64,000 bases of DNA from an uncultured delta proteobacterium (GTDB taxonomy: Bacteria; Myxococcota_A; Polyangia; Polyangiales; Polyangiaceae). Position 1 is the stretch's first letter, and each line of letters begins with the position of its first letter. Positions 1-9,033 of the stretch are shown in pieces. Both the position numbers and the translations under genes were made by a program. Under the pieces are notes generated by a model. That model made no database searches. It saw only the letters and a list, made by a program, of their open reading frames with translations, and was not told where the DNA came from. The DNA lies in assembly GCA_963782055.1 (NCBI GenBank), contig CAWAIF010000003.1:3488001-3552000 (forward strand), read 5' to 3'.

Positions 1-1007
1 CCACGCACTACTTCACCAGCGTCGACGTGCCCCTCACCACGTCGTACCCGGACGTCTTCGCCGACGACGCGGCCCTGGACGGCGCCGGCACGCCGGTGGG
101 GCTGCGCGCGCGGCGCGACATGATGCTGCGCCACACCTTCCGCTTCTCCATCGACGGCGCGAGGCGCGCGGGCGGCACGCTGCAGATCCCCGTGGTCGTA
201 CAGAACGTGGGCGCCGGCCACCGCGTGCCGGCCGGCTTCAGCCAGGAGCGAGAGATCTGGGTGGAGATGCGCGTGAGCGACGCGCGCGGGCAGACGGTCT
301 ACGAGGTGGGGCACCTGGCTTCGCCGAGCGCGGACCTGGGGGACAAGCGCTTCCTGCGGGTGACCACCCGCGACGGGCTGGAGGACGGCCTGGGGCGGCC
401 GCAGGGCGTGTTCGGCGCCGACGTCGCCGACGGCTCGGACGTCCCGCGATGGTCGCCGCCGCCGTCGCTCGGCGGCACCTTCTTCCGCGGCTCCGGGCTC
501 ATCAACTTCCAGAACGGCTTCTTGCGGTGCGTGCGCTGCATCGGCGTGATCGACGACGCCGGGGAGTGTCAGCCGGGACCGGGGCAGGGCTTCACGCGCG
601 CCGACCGCTTCGACGACGGCGGCTACGACATCGACACCGGCGAGTGCCGCTCCAACCTCTCCGGCGGGCACGAGCTCTTCGAGACGTACTTCCCGGTGGG
701 ATCACTGGACGCCGAGCGCGGCGTGGCGAAGGCGCCCGACGCCATCATCGACACGCGCTCCGCGCCCCCGGGCGTGCCCATCACCTACACCTACGAGCTG
801 CCCGCCGGTGGGCACCCCGCGCCCTTCCACGTGCGCGCCACGCTCCACTTCCGGTCCTTCCCGCCGTACCTGGTGCGGGCGTTCGCGGACTACGAGGCGC
901 GGCAGGCGGCGCGGGGACTGCGGCCGAGCGGCCCGCAGGTGACAGAGGACATGCTGCGCCGGCTGGACGTGCTCGACCTGGCGACGGCCGAGGCGGAGCT
1001 GAAATGA
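1..1007 (+). CDS. C-terminal part of a probable multiheme cytochrome c-type protein (5' end outside window)
   Basis: Frame open from the window edge (THYFTSVDVP...). NVGAGHRVPAGFSQEREIWVE and ATLHFRSFPPY resemble the C-terminal beta-domain of c554-type multiheme cytochromes. No CxxCH is visible in this part. Stop overlaps the next ATG (ATGA). Confidence 0.55.
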   Translation, partial: THYFTSVDVPLTTSYPDVFADDAALDGAGTPVGLRARRDMMLRHTFRFSIDGARRAGGTLQIPVVVQNVGAGHRVPAGFSQEREIWVEMRVSDARGQTVYEVGHLASPSADLGDKRFLRVTTRDGLEDGLGRPQGVFGADVADGSDVPRWSPPPSLGGTFFRGSGLINFQNGFLRCVRCIGVIDDAGECQPGPGQGFTRADRFDDGGYDIDTGECRSNLSGGHELFETYFPVGSLDAERGVAKAPDAIIDTRSAPPGVPITYTYELPAGGHPAPFHVRATLHFRSFPPYLVRAFADYEARQAARGLRPSGPQVTEDMLRRLDVLDLATAEAELK

Positions 1008-3178
1008 GCGGGTGGGGCGCGCACGTCTTCGAACACCCGCTGCTGCGCGGCCTGGACGCCCGCGCGCGGGGGGAGATCGAGCTGGCGGGCGCGGTGCGCG
1101 AGCTCGCCGCGGGGGCGAGGCTCTTCGGCGCGGGCGACCCGGCCGACGCCCTCTTCGTGGTCGACCGCGGCACCTTCTCGCTGCGCGCGCGGCGCCGGGG
1201 CGAGGAGGTGCCGGAGGAGATCCGGCGGGCGGGGGCGGGCGACGCGCTGGGCGAGGACGCCGTCGCGCGGTCCTTCGGCGCGCGGAGGGCGGAGGCCACC
1301 TGTCTCGAGGCCGGCGCGGTGTGGGTCATCCCGGCGCCCATCCTGCGGCGCGCGCTGGAGCGTCTCGGCCGCGACGAGGCCGCGCTGCGGCGCGAGCGCA
1401 TCGCGCGGAGGGCGGCGCTGGGCGACGTGCTGCGCACCGTGGCGTTCGCGCGGGACCTGCCGGCGGCGGACCTGGAGGCGCTGCTCGACGTCGCCGAGTC
1501 GCGGGAGCTGCGGCGGGGAGAGGTGCTCTGGCGCGAGGGAGAGCGCGCGAACGCCGTCGCCTTCGTCGCCGACGGCTCGGTGCAGCTCCAGCGGGAGGAG
1601 GGCGAGCGGGTGCGGGTGGTGGCGTACCTCGGCGCGGGGGACATGCTGGGGGACGAGGACGCGCTCGCCGGGACGGCGCGCTCGCTGGCGGCGGTGGCCG
1701 CGGGCGAGGCGTGGGTCGTCCAGGTGCCGGCGCGGGCCTTCGCACCCGTCGCCGCGCGGCACCCGGAGGTGGCGGAGCGCGCGCGGCGCGTGCGCAAGGA
1801 CGCGATGGACGTGCAGCGGCAGCTCTCCGCCCGCGCGACGCGGCACGTGCTGGGCGATCTCCACCGCTTCGAGACCGCGCGCTCGCTGCTGGTGATCGAT
1901 CAGGAGGCCTGCGTGCGCTGCGGGCACTGCTCCGCCGCGTGCGGCGCGGCGCACGGGGACGGCATCTCCCGCCTGCTGCGGCAGGGCGACACGGTGCGTA
2001 CCCACGTGTCCGGCGCGCCGGTGACCCTGCTCCTGCCGAGCAGCTGCCAGCATTGCCAGCACCCGGCGTGCATGATCGATTGCCCGACGGGGGCGATCGG
2101 GCGCGACGAGCAGGGCGACGTCTTCATCCGCGAGGACCTCTGCACCGGGTGCGGGAGCTGCGCGAAGGCGTGCCCGTGGGAGAACATCGCGATGGCGCCC
2201 CTCGGGGTCGAGGGCGCGCAGGTGGCGGTCAAGTGCGACCTCTGCGCAGGGATGGAGGGCGGGCCGGCGTGCGTCGCGTCGTGCCCGACGCAGGCCATCG
2301 CGCGCATCGAGCCGCAGCGCACGCTGGACGACGTGCGCGCCGCGCTGGGCGACGAGCGCGCGCCGGTGCCGCTGCCCGCGCGCGCCGCGGCGTGGCCTCA
2401 CGTGGCCGCGGCGGCGGTGGCGGCGCTAAGCGTCGGGTGGGCGGGCCGCGCCTGGCCGAAGACGCTGACGGGTCTGCTCGCGCTGGCGTGCGTCGTCGCG
2501 CTCGTCGCCTACGCCGTGCTCAAGCGGCGCGGTGGCCGCGCGGCCGCCCCGGCGCCTCGCGCGTCGCGGGTACGCGCCCACTTCATCGCGCACCTCGCGC
2601 TCGGCGCGCTCTGCCTCGGGTTCGTCGCCGCGCACGCGGGGATGCGCTATCGGGCCGACCTGGCCGGTGCGCTGGCGATCGCCTTCTGGACGACCGGCTC
2701 GCTGGGCGTCCTGGCGGCCGCCGCGTACGCCCTGGCTCCCCGCGTGCTGGCCCGGCTGGAGCGCTTCGTGCGGATGCCGGAGGATCTCGCGGACCACGCC
2801 CGCGACCTGGACGCGCGCGTGTTCCGCGGCCTCACCGGCCGGAGCGACGCGGTGAAGGTGATCTACGCCCGGGTGCTGGTGCCGTACCGCAAGGGGCCGG
2901 CGAGCGCGTTGCGCCTGCTCTGCGGCGCGCGGCTGGGTGACGAGGAGCGCAGGCTGCGCGCGCGCATCGACGGGATGCTGGGCGCGGACAGGACGGGAGG
3001 CGAACGGCTCGCCGGGCTGGAAGAGCTGATCCGCCTGGTCGTGGAGCAGCGGGCCCTGCCGCTGGTGCGCTGGCTGAACCGCGCGCTGCGCGGTCTCTCC
3101 GGCGCGCACGCCGCGCTCACGGTGGCGACGGTGATCCTGCTCGCCGCGCACGTCCTCGTCGCCCTGAGGTACCGGTGA
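1004..3178 (+). CDS. Membrane protein with two cyclic-nucleotide-binding domains, a 4x[4Fe-4S] (DmsB/NrfC-like) domain and His-containing TM helices
   Basis: cNMP cassettes GDALGEDAV...RRAEA and GDMLGDEDAL...ARS. Cys motifs CVRCGHCSAAC, CQHCQHPACMIDCP, CTGCGSCAKACP, KCDLC...PACVASCP. Hydrophobic C-terminal helices with HLALG/HAG and HAAL/AHV. Start at ATGA overlap, not at 449. Confidence 0.85.
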   Translation: MSGWGAHVFEHPLLRGLDARARGEIELAGAVRELAAGARLFGAGDPADALFVVDRGTFSLRARRRGEEVPEEIRRAGAGDALGEDAVARSFGARRAEATCLEAGAVWVIPAPILRRALERLGRDEAALRRERIARRAALGDVLRTVAFARDLPAADLEALLDVAESRELRRGEVLWREGERANAVAFVADGSVQLQREEGERVRVVAYLGAGDMLGDEDALAGTARSLAAVAAGEAWVVQVPARAFAPVAARHPEVAERARRVRKDAMDVQRQLSARATRHVLGDLHRFETARSLLVIDQEACVRCGHCSAACGAAHGDGISRLLRQGDTVRTHVSGAPVTLLLPSSCQHCQHPACMIDCPTGAIGRDEQGDVFIREDLCTGCGSCAKACPWENIAMAPLGVEGAQVAVKCDLCAGMEGGPACVASCPTQAIARIEPQRTLDDVRAALGDERAPVPLPARAAAWPHVAAAAVAALSVGWAGRAWPKTLTGLLALACVVALVAYAVLKRRGGRAAAPAPRASRVRAHFIAHLALGALCLGFVAAHAGMRYRADLAGALAIAFWTTGSLGVLAAAAYALAPRVLARLERFVRMPEDLADHARDLDARVFRGLTGRSDAVKVIYARVLVPYRKGPASALRLLCGARLGDEERRLRARIDGMLGADRTGGERLAGLEELIRLVVEQRALPLVRWLNRALRGLSGAHAALTVATVILLAAHVLVALRYR

Positions 3179-5265
3179 GCGCGCCGCGCCGGAGGTCCGC
3201 GCGGCAGGCGGTGCGCACGAGCGACGCCACCCGCGCGCGCGACGTGCTGGTGGCGGGGGTGGCGGGCGCGGCCGGGCTCACCGCCGCGGCGCTCGGCCTT
3301 CGAGGGCCGACCGGCGCGGCCTCCCCCGGAGCGCTCAGCGGACCGCACGCCACGGCGAAGCTGGCGTGCGCGGCGTGCCATCACGACGGCCAGTCCGCGG
3401 CGGCGAGCTGCGCCGGGTGCCACGGCAAGGAGGCGCACGCCTCCACCCGCGCCGCGCACCGGGCGCTCGCCGCGAGCGGGCAGCTCCGGTGCACGACGTG
3501 CCACCCCGCGCATGGCGACGCGCAGACGGTCGCGCTGCACGAGGACGGCACCTTCGTGCGGACCGGTGGCGGGGCGGCGGCGACGGGTCAGCTCTCCGGA
3601 GGGGCGCCTCGGGCGACCGTGCCGCTGGTGACCGTGGAGGCGTGCCGCGGCTGCCACAATCCCTCCTCGCCGACCGACCCCGCGGCCCGCTGCATCGCCG
3701 CCGGCGACCCGCACGACGCGCACGCCCTTTTGCTGTGCATGGACGAGCACCAGCGCGCCGACGCCGAGACCGCCAGGCGCCCCACCGCGTCCGGTCACGC
3801 GAGCGTGTGCGCGCGCCAGCACGGACCGGCGCGCTTCGCCGCGTGGGACGCGGCGAAGGAGGCGGCCGCGAAGTCCGGATGGGTGGAGGCGCCACGCGCG
3901 CGCACCGGTCCGGTCGCGTGGACGGGCGCCGGCGTGCTCGGCTCGGTGGGGGCGCTGGCCGGCCTGCGCCTCTTCGGGCGGCGTGGTCGCGGCGCGCCAG
4001 GCGGACCGCTCCCCGGATCGGGAGGTGGCGCGCGCAAGCTGCCCGTCATCGACACCTCCACGTGCCTGGGGTGCTACGCGTGCGTCGACGCGTGTCCCTT
4101 CGACGTGCTGGAGGTGCGGCGCTTCGTCGCCGTCGTCGCGCGTCCGGACGACTGCTGCGGGGTCGTGCTCTGCGAGCAGGCGTGCCCGAACGGTTCGCTC
4201 GGGATCGGCGACGCGCAGCAGGAAGACGAGGCCGTGGAGCCCTGGGTGAGCGCGTCGCAGGAGTCGGCGGAGGTGCCCGGCCTCTACGTGGCGGGCGATC
4301 TCACCGGCCTGCCGCTCATCAAGAACGCCATCGCCCAGGGCTCGCGGGCGATCGACGCCATCGGCGCTTCGCTCAAGGGCAAGCGCAAGCACGGCTGCGA
4401 TCTGGACGTCGTCGTGGTGGGGGCCGGGCCCGCGGGGCTGGCCGCGTCGCTCCGCGCGAAGGAGCTCGGCCTGAAGTACCTGACGCTGGAGCAGCACACC
4501 TTCGCCGCGAGCATCCAGAGCTTCCCGCGCAACAAGCTGGTCTACGACGCCCCGCTGCAGGTCCCGGTGGAGGGGGAGCTCTGGCTGGAGCAGAGCACCA
4601 AGGAGCAGCTCCTCGCCGCCTGGACGCGCGTGGTGCGCAAGCACGCGCTGCGACTGCGGGAGCACCAGCGCGTGGTGGGCATCGAGCGCGATCCGGGGGA
4701 GGCCGGCGGCTTCCGCATCACCGCCAAAGGAGAAGGGGAGAGCGCGACGCGGTCATGGACCGCCGCGCGGGTGCTGGTGGCGATCGGCAAGCGAGGGACC
4801 CCCCGCCGCCTGGAGGCACCCATCGACGCCGACGCGGAGGCCAAGGTGAGCTACTCCCTCGCCGACGCCCGGTCCTTCGCCGGAGCGCGGGTGGTGGTGG
4901 TGGGGCTCGGCGACGCCGCCATGGAGGCGGCCGTGGCGCTCTCGCGCCAGCCGGGCACCGAGGTGACGGTCGTCCACCGCGGTGCCGGCTTCCAGCGCGG
5001 CAAGGCGCGCAACATCGAGGAGCTGCAGGGCCTCGTCGGGCGCGGCAAGGTGCGCCTGCTCTTCGACGCGCAGGTGGTGAGGGTGCGTCGCGCCTCGGTC
5101 GGCATCCGCCAGGCCGGGAAGGAGCGGGAAGCGCCAAACGACGTCATCCTCGCCCTCATCGGCGGGGTACCTAGCTGGGAGCTGCTGCGCGGGGCAGGGG
5201 TCATGGGGGGGCCACACGGGGAGCGGGGTCGAACCGGGCAGATCCTTTCGGATGCCGGGCCGTAA
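3175..5265 (+). CDS. Fusion of multiheme cytochrome c, TM segment, ferredoxin and thioredoxin-reductase-like FAD/NAD(P)H oxidoreductase
   Basis: CxxCH x4 (CAACH, CAGCH, CTTCH, CRGCH). Fe-S motifs CLGCYACVDACP and CCGVVLCEQACP. GLYVAGD, VVVGAGPAG and VVVVGLGDAAME...VHR motifs. GTGA overlap with the upstream stop. Confidence 0.85.
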   Translation: MSAPRRRSARQAVRTSDATRARDVLVAGVAGAAGLTAAALGLRGPTGAASPGALSGPHATAKLACAACHHDGQSAAASCAGCHGKEAHASTRAAHRALAASGQLRCTTCHPAHGDAQTVALHEDGTFVRTGGGAAATGQLSGGAPRATVPLVTVEACRGCHNPSSPTDPAARCIAAGDPHDAHALLLCMDEHQRADAETARRPTASGHASVCARQHGPARFAAWDAAKEAAAKSGWVEAPRARTGPVAWTGAGVLGSVGALAGLRLFGRRGRGAPGGPLPGSGGGARKLPVIDTSTCLGCYACVDACPFDVLEVRRFVAVVARPDDCCGVVLCEQACPNGSLGIGDAQQEDEAVEPWVSASQESAEVPGLYVAGDLTGLPLIKNAIAQGSRAIDAIGASLKGKRKHGCDLDVVVVGAGPAGLAASLRAKELGLKYLTLEQHTFAASIQSFPRNKLVYDAPLQVPVEGELWLEQSTKEQLLAAWTRVVRKHALRLREHQRVVGIERDPGEAGGFRITAKGEGESATRSWTAARVLVAIGKRGTPRRLEAPIDADAEAKVSYSLADARSFAGARVVVVGLGDAAMEAAVALSRQPGTEVTVVHRGAGFQRGKARNIEELQGLVGRGKVRLLFDAQVVRVRRASVGIRQAGKEREAPNDVILALIGGVPSWELLRGAGVMGGPHGERGRTGQILSDAGP

Positions 5266-5273
5266 CAAGGCCC

Positions 5274-6788
5274 ATGAAGCTCCGGAACGCCCTCTTTCTC
5301 GCCGCCCTGGGCATGGCTGGTTCCAGCGCGGGCGCCCTCGCGCTGCCCGTCCCCCACGACGCCTGGAAGCCCGCGGTCACCACGCAGGCACCCGTCGCGG
5401 TGAGCGACATGTCGCACTTCGTCGCCGGGCAGACCCTCACGGTGGACGCCCGCCTGGGACACGCGTCGCTCGCGCGGGGCGGCGACGGAGAGACGTACCT
5501 GTTCGCGTCGGTGAGCGGCGTGGACGCCCCGAGCGCGGCGCCTCCGCTCCACCTGGCGGTGGTGATCGACCGCTCCGGGTCCATGAAGGGGGAGCGCATC
5601 GCCCGCGCCATCGACGCGGCCAGCGCCATCGTGGAGCGGATGCGCGAGGGCGACTCCATCACGGTGGTGAGCTTCGACACGACCTCGCGCGTGGTGGTGC
5701 CCCCGACCACGGTCGGCGCCGGATCGCGCGCGAGCATCGAGGCGGCGATCCGGTCCATCCGGCTGGGCGGCGACACCTGCATCTCGTGTGGCCTCAGGAC
5801 CGCCATGACCGAGCTGGACACGCTCCCGCTCTCCGGCGACCACGTCACGCGGATGATCCTGCTCTCCGACGGCGCGACCAACCACGGCATCACCGACATG
5901 GGCGGCCTGCGCGCCATGGCGGGTCACATGCGCGACCAGGGCGTGTCCATCACCACCATGGGCGTGGACGTGGACTTCGACGAGAAGGTGATGGCCGCGC
6001 TGGCGATCGAGTCCAACGGCCGCCACTACTTCGTCGAGAACGCGGCGTCGCTGCCCGCCATCTTCTCGCAGGAGTTCGACTCCCTGCTCGCCAGCGTGGC
6101 GAGCGACGGCGAGATGACGGTGGAGCTGCCCGAGGGCGTGGAGGTGGAGCAGGTCTTCGATCGCTCCTTCCGCCGCGAGGTCTCCGGCGGCAAGACGCGG
6201 GTCATCGTGCCCTTCGGCACCTTCAGCGCGAAGCAGCAGAAGACGGTGCTGATGAAGCTCCGCGTGCCGGTGGACCGCGACGGCACGCAGCCGGTCGCCG
6301 CCGTCTCGCTGGCGTACCGCGACCTGCTCTCGCGCCGCGACGGCTCCTGCGCCGGGGATCTCGCCCTGGCGGTCAAGAGCGACGGCACCGCGCAGCGGGA
6401 GCTGGATCCCTTCGTGGCGACGCGCCTGGAGCGCAGCCGCACCGGGGAGTCGCTCACCGCCGCCAACGATCTCTTCGAGCAAGGGAAGGTGGCGCAGGCG
6501 CAGGAGGTGCTCGCCACCCGCGAGACCGAGCTGCGGCGCCGCAGCGCGCGCATCGGCCACCACGCGTCCCCCATGGCGAGCGATCGGCTGAACGCCGACT
6601 TCGACAAGCAGCTCGCCTTCGTGGACGAGGCGGAGAAGAACTTCGCGCCGGCCGCCGCGGCGCCCATGGGCGGCGGCGGTGTCGGTGGGACGACGACCAC
6701 GGCCACGCCGGCCCCGGTGCAGGACACCCGCGCGGGACGCGCGCAGGTCCGGGCCAACCAGCAGAACGCCGCCGACATGGGCTTCTGA
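5274..6788 (+). CDS. Secreted von Willebrand factor A (VWA) domain protein
   Basis: Signal peptide. MIDAS motif VIDRSGSM, GGDT, ILLSDG, TMGVDVDFDE. Confidence 0.85.
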   Translation: MKLRNALFLAALGMAGSSAGALALPVPHDAWKPAVTTQAPVAVSDMSHFVAGQTLTVDARLGHASLARGGDGETYLFASVSGVDAPSAAPPLHLAVVIDRSGSMKGERIARAIDAASAIVERMREGDSITVVSFDTTSRVVVPPTTVGAGSRASIEAAIRSIRLGGDTCISCGLRTAMTELDTLPLSGDHVTRMILLSDGATNHGITDMGGLRAMAGHMRDQGVSITTMGVDVDFDEKVMAALAIESNGRHYFVENAASLPAIFSQEFDSLLASVASDGEMTVELPEGVEVEQVFDRSFRREVSGGKTRVIVPFGTFSAKQQKTVLMKLRVPVDRDGTQPVAAVSLAYRDLLSRRDGSCAGDLALAVKSDGTAQRELDPFVATRLERSRTGESLTAANDLFEQGKVAQAQEVLATRETELRRRSARIGHHASPMASDRLNADFDKQLAFVDEAEKNFAPAAAAPMGGGGVGGTTTTATPAPVQDTRAGRAQVRANQQNAADMGF

Positions 6789-6792
6789 GAGG

Positions 6793-7043
6793 ATGTGAAC
6801 TTCGTTCACATCCCTCTCAGTGATGTCCTGGCAGGGGCGGCACGCGCCGCCCCTCCCCGCCCAAGTAAATTGGGCGGGGCCCCTCCCCACGCGGGCCCTC
6901 CGCTACGCGTCGGGCGAGCATGTGAACTTCGTTCACATCCCTCTCAGTGATGTCCTGGCAGGGGCGGCACGCGCCGCCCCTGGGCGGGGAGGAAGATTGG
7001 GCGGGGCCCCTCCCCACGCGGGCCCTCCGCTACGCGTCGGGCG
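6793..7043. repeat. Tandem direct repeat, 2 copies, 127-bp period, built from GC-rich hairpins (REP-like)
   Basis: Copies start ATGTGAACTTCGTTCACATCCCTCTCAG at 6793 and 6920 and end CTACGCGTCGGGCG at 6916 and 7043. Confidence 0.92.
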
Positions 7044-7123
7044 TCCCCACCTCGGGACTTCCTCACACACTCTGAGGAACGCCCGCTGTACGTCCGGCGT
7101 CGGGCGCGCATACTCTGAGGTGC

Positions 7124-8929
7124 GTGGCCACGCCGCTGCCCCTCGCCGCCCACTCGGAGGACGCCGCCCCGGCGCGGCCCGGCGCGAGGGGGCGCGCGCC
7201 CCGCGTGCTGGAGCGCGCGCCGGCCGACGCGCCCATGTCGGGCTTCCGGCGCGGCCGCCGCAGCCCGCGCGCCATCGCGTGGTTCGGCTTCAGCGCCTTC
7301 TGGGGGCACCTGCGCCACCTCCTCGCGTCTGCCATCGCGACCGAGAACATCGACTCGCGACAGTGGATGATGCCGGAGACACCGGAGGAGCTCCTGGCGC
7401 GCGCCACCACCCTCCTCGCCGAGCGCGGGGCGAAGCCCGCGCCGACCCTCGCCGCGTCGCTCGGCGGGGAGGTGTGGATCGACTTCGTCGCCGACACCGG
7501 CGACGACCTGGAGGTGAGCGAGCGCACGGGGGAGCTGATCGCCGGCGAGTACGAGGTGGACGACCCCGACGGTGGCGGCCGGCTGCTGCTGCCGCGCGGG
7601 CACGTGCTCTTCCACGGCGGCGACCTCGCGTACCCGGTCGCGACGGTGCGCGAGATCACGCGCCGGCTGCTCGACCCCTGGAACCGCGTCTTCGAGCGCG
7701 AGGGCGACGGCGTGCCGCGGCTGTTGCTGGGCGTGCCGGGCAACCACGACTGGTACGACGGCCTGGATGGCTTCGCGCGCCTCTGCCAGGCGCCGTGCGA
7801 GTTCGAGCGCCGGCTGGATCGCGAGTCGCGCCCCAACGAGCACCCGGTGCTCGCGTGGGCGGAGGCGTTCGTCGGCGGTGAGGCGGTGCGCAAGCCGGAC
7901 GCGCTCGCGCTCTTCGGTTACTACCCGGTGCAGCGCACCAGCTACTTCCGTCTGCCGCTCGCGCGCGGGCTGGAGCTGTGGGGCGTGGACCGGCAGCTGA
8001 AGCAGATCGACCCGCGGCAGGGGCAGTTCTTCCACCAGCAAGAGGGGCCGGTGCTGGTGGTGCTGCCCGACCCGGCGCGCTCGTGGGGCGAGGACAGGCC
8101 CAACGGCAAGGCCTCGCTGGAGGCGCTCGGACTCGATCCGGCGCGCCGTCGGGCCTACGTGCTCTGCGGCGACATCCACCACTACGAGCGCTCGGCGGAG
8201 GGGGAGGGCAGCCTGCACGTCGTGGCAGGGGGCGGGGGGGCCTTCATGCAGGGCTCGCGCATGGCCGGCGGCGCGACCTACCGCATCGACGCGGAGTTCC
8301 CCGGACCGCGAGCGTCGTGGTCCCTGCTCGAGGGATTGCCGCTGCACGTCGCGCGCGGCGGCGCGGGGTGGCTCATCACGGCGGCCTTCGCGCTGATGCT
8401 CGCCGTCGAGCTGGGCGCGCGGCTGGTGTACGGGCGCGGAGCGGCGCTGCCCTTCGCGGTCTTTCACAGCGCGGTGGTCGCCGTCGGCACGGCGGCGCTC
8501 GTCGGCTGGCGGCGGCACCGCATGTGGCGCGTGTGGCCCTTCGCCATCGCCTTCGGGCTCTTCATCGGCATCCTGCCGCTGGCGATGGGCATCTTCGTCG
8601 ACCATGTCGGCATGCGTGCACTCGGCCGCACGCTGCTCGCGCGTGGATGCGCGATCGGCGCGGGCTGGCTGGCGGCCACGCTCGCCACCGGCGCGGCCTT
8701 CGGGGCGATGCTCGCGCTCATCGCGCGCCTGGGGCTCAATCACGCGCAGCCCTTCGCCGCGCTGGGGCTACCGACGCACAAGCACTTCGTCCGGCTGCGG
8801 GTGCGGGAGGGGGAAGAGGGGACCGTCGTCGACTCTTTCGTGGTGGGGCAGGTGGATCCGCTCGGGGGGAGCCCGCCGGTCCTGGTGGACCACTTCCGGT
8901 GGGTCCCAGACGCCCCCCGCCGGCGGTAG
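7124..8929 (+). CDS. Calcineurin-like metallophosphoesterase with C-terminal membrane domain
   Basis: Motifs FVADTGD, GGDLAYP, PGNHDWYDG, CGDIHHY, followed by several hydrophobic helices. Confidence 0.8.
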   Translation: MATPLPLAAHSEDAAPARPGARGRAPRVLERAPADAPMSGFRRGRRSPRAIAWFGFSAFWGHLRHLLASAIATENIDSRQWMMPETPEELLARATTLLAERGAKPAPTLAASLGGEVWIDFVADTGDDLEVSERTGELIAGEYEVDDPDGGGRLLLPRGHVLFHGGDLAYPVATVREITRRLLDPWNRVFEREGDGVPRLLLGVPGNHDWYDGLDGFARLCQAPCEFERRLDRESRPNEHPVLAWAEAFVGGEAVRKPDALALFGYYPVQRTSYFRLPLARGLELWGVDRQLKQIDPRQGQFFHQQEGPVLVVLPDPARSWGEDRPNGKASLEALGLDPARRRAYVLCGDIHHYERSAEGEGSLHVVAGGGGAFMQGSRMAGGATYRIDAEFPGPRASWSLLEGLPLHVARGGAGWLITAAFALMLAVELGARLVYGRGAALPFAVFHSAVVAVGTAALVGWRRHRMWRVWPFAIAFGLFIGILPLAMGIFVDHVGMRALGRTLLARGCAIGAGWLAATLATGAAFGAMLALIARLGLNHAQPFAALGLPTHKHFVRLRVREGEEGTVVDSFVVGQVDPLGGSPPVLVDHFRWVPDAPRRR

Positions 8930-9033
8930 CGGCCAAACGCTCCATTGCAAGCACGCGCGCAATGCGACGAATCGCGCAGGATCCTGCGTGGAGGGCCTGG
9001 CGGCACTGCACGCATGTATCGTATGCTCGGCGG

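Noticed and set aside
6795..6809. GTGAAC-TTC-GTTCAC as a Firmicutes-type SOS box
   Set aside because: The spacing is GAAC-N3-GTTC rather than N4, and it is part of a longer hairpin just after a stop codon.
6793..7043. CRISPR array
   Set aside because: Only two 127-bp units that are near-identical throughout, with no unique spacers and no cas genes in the window.
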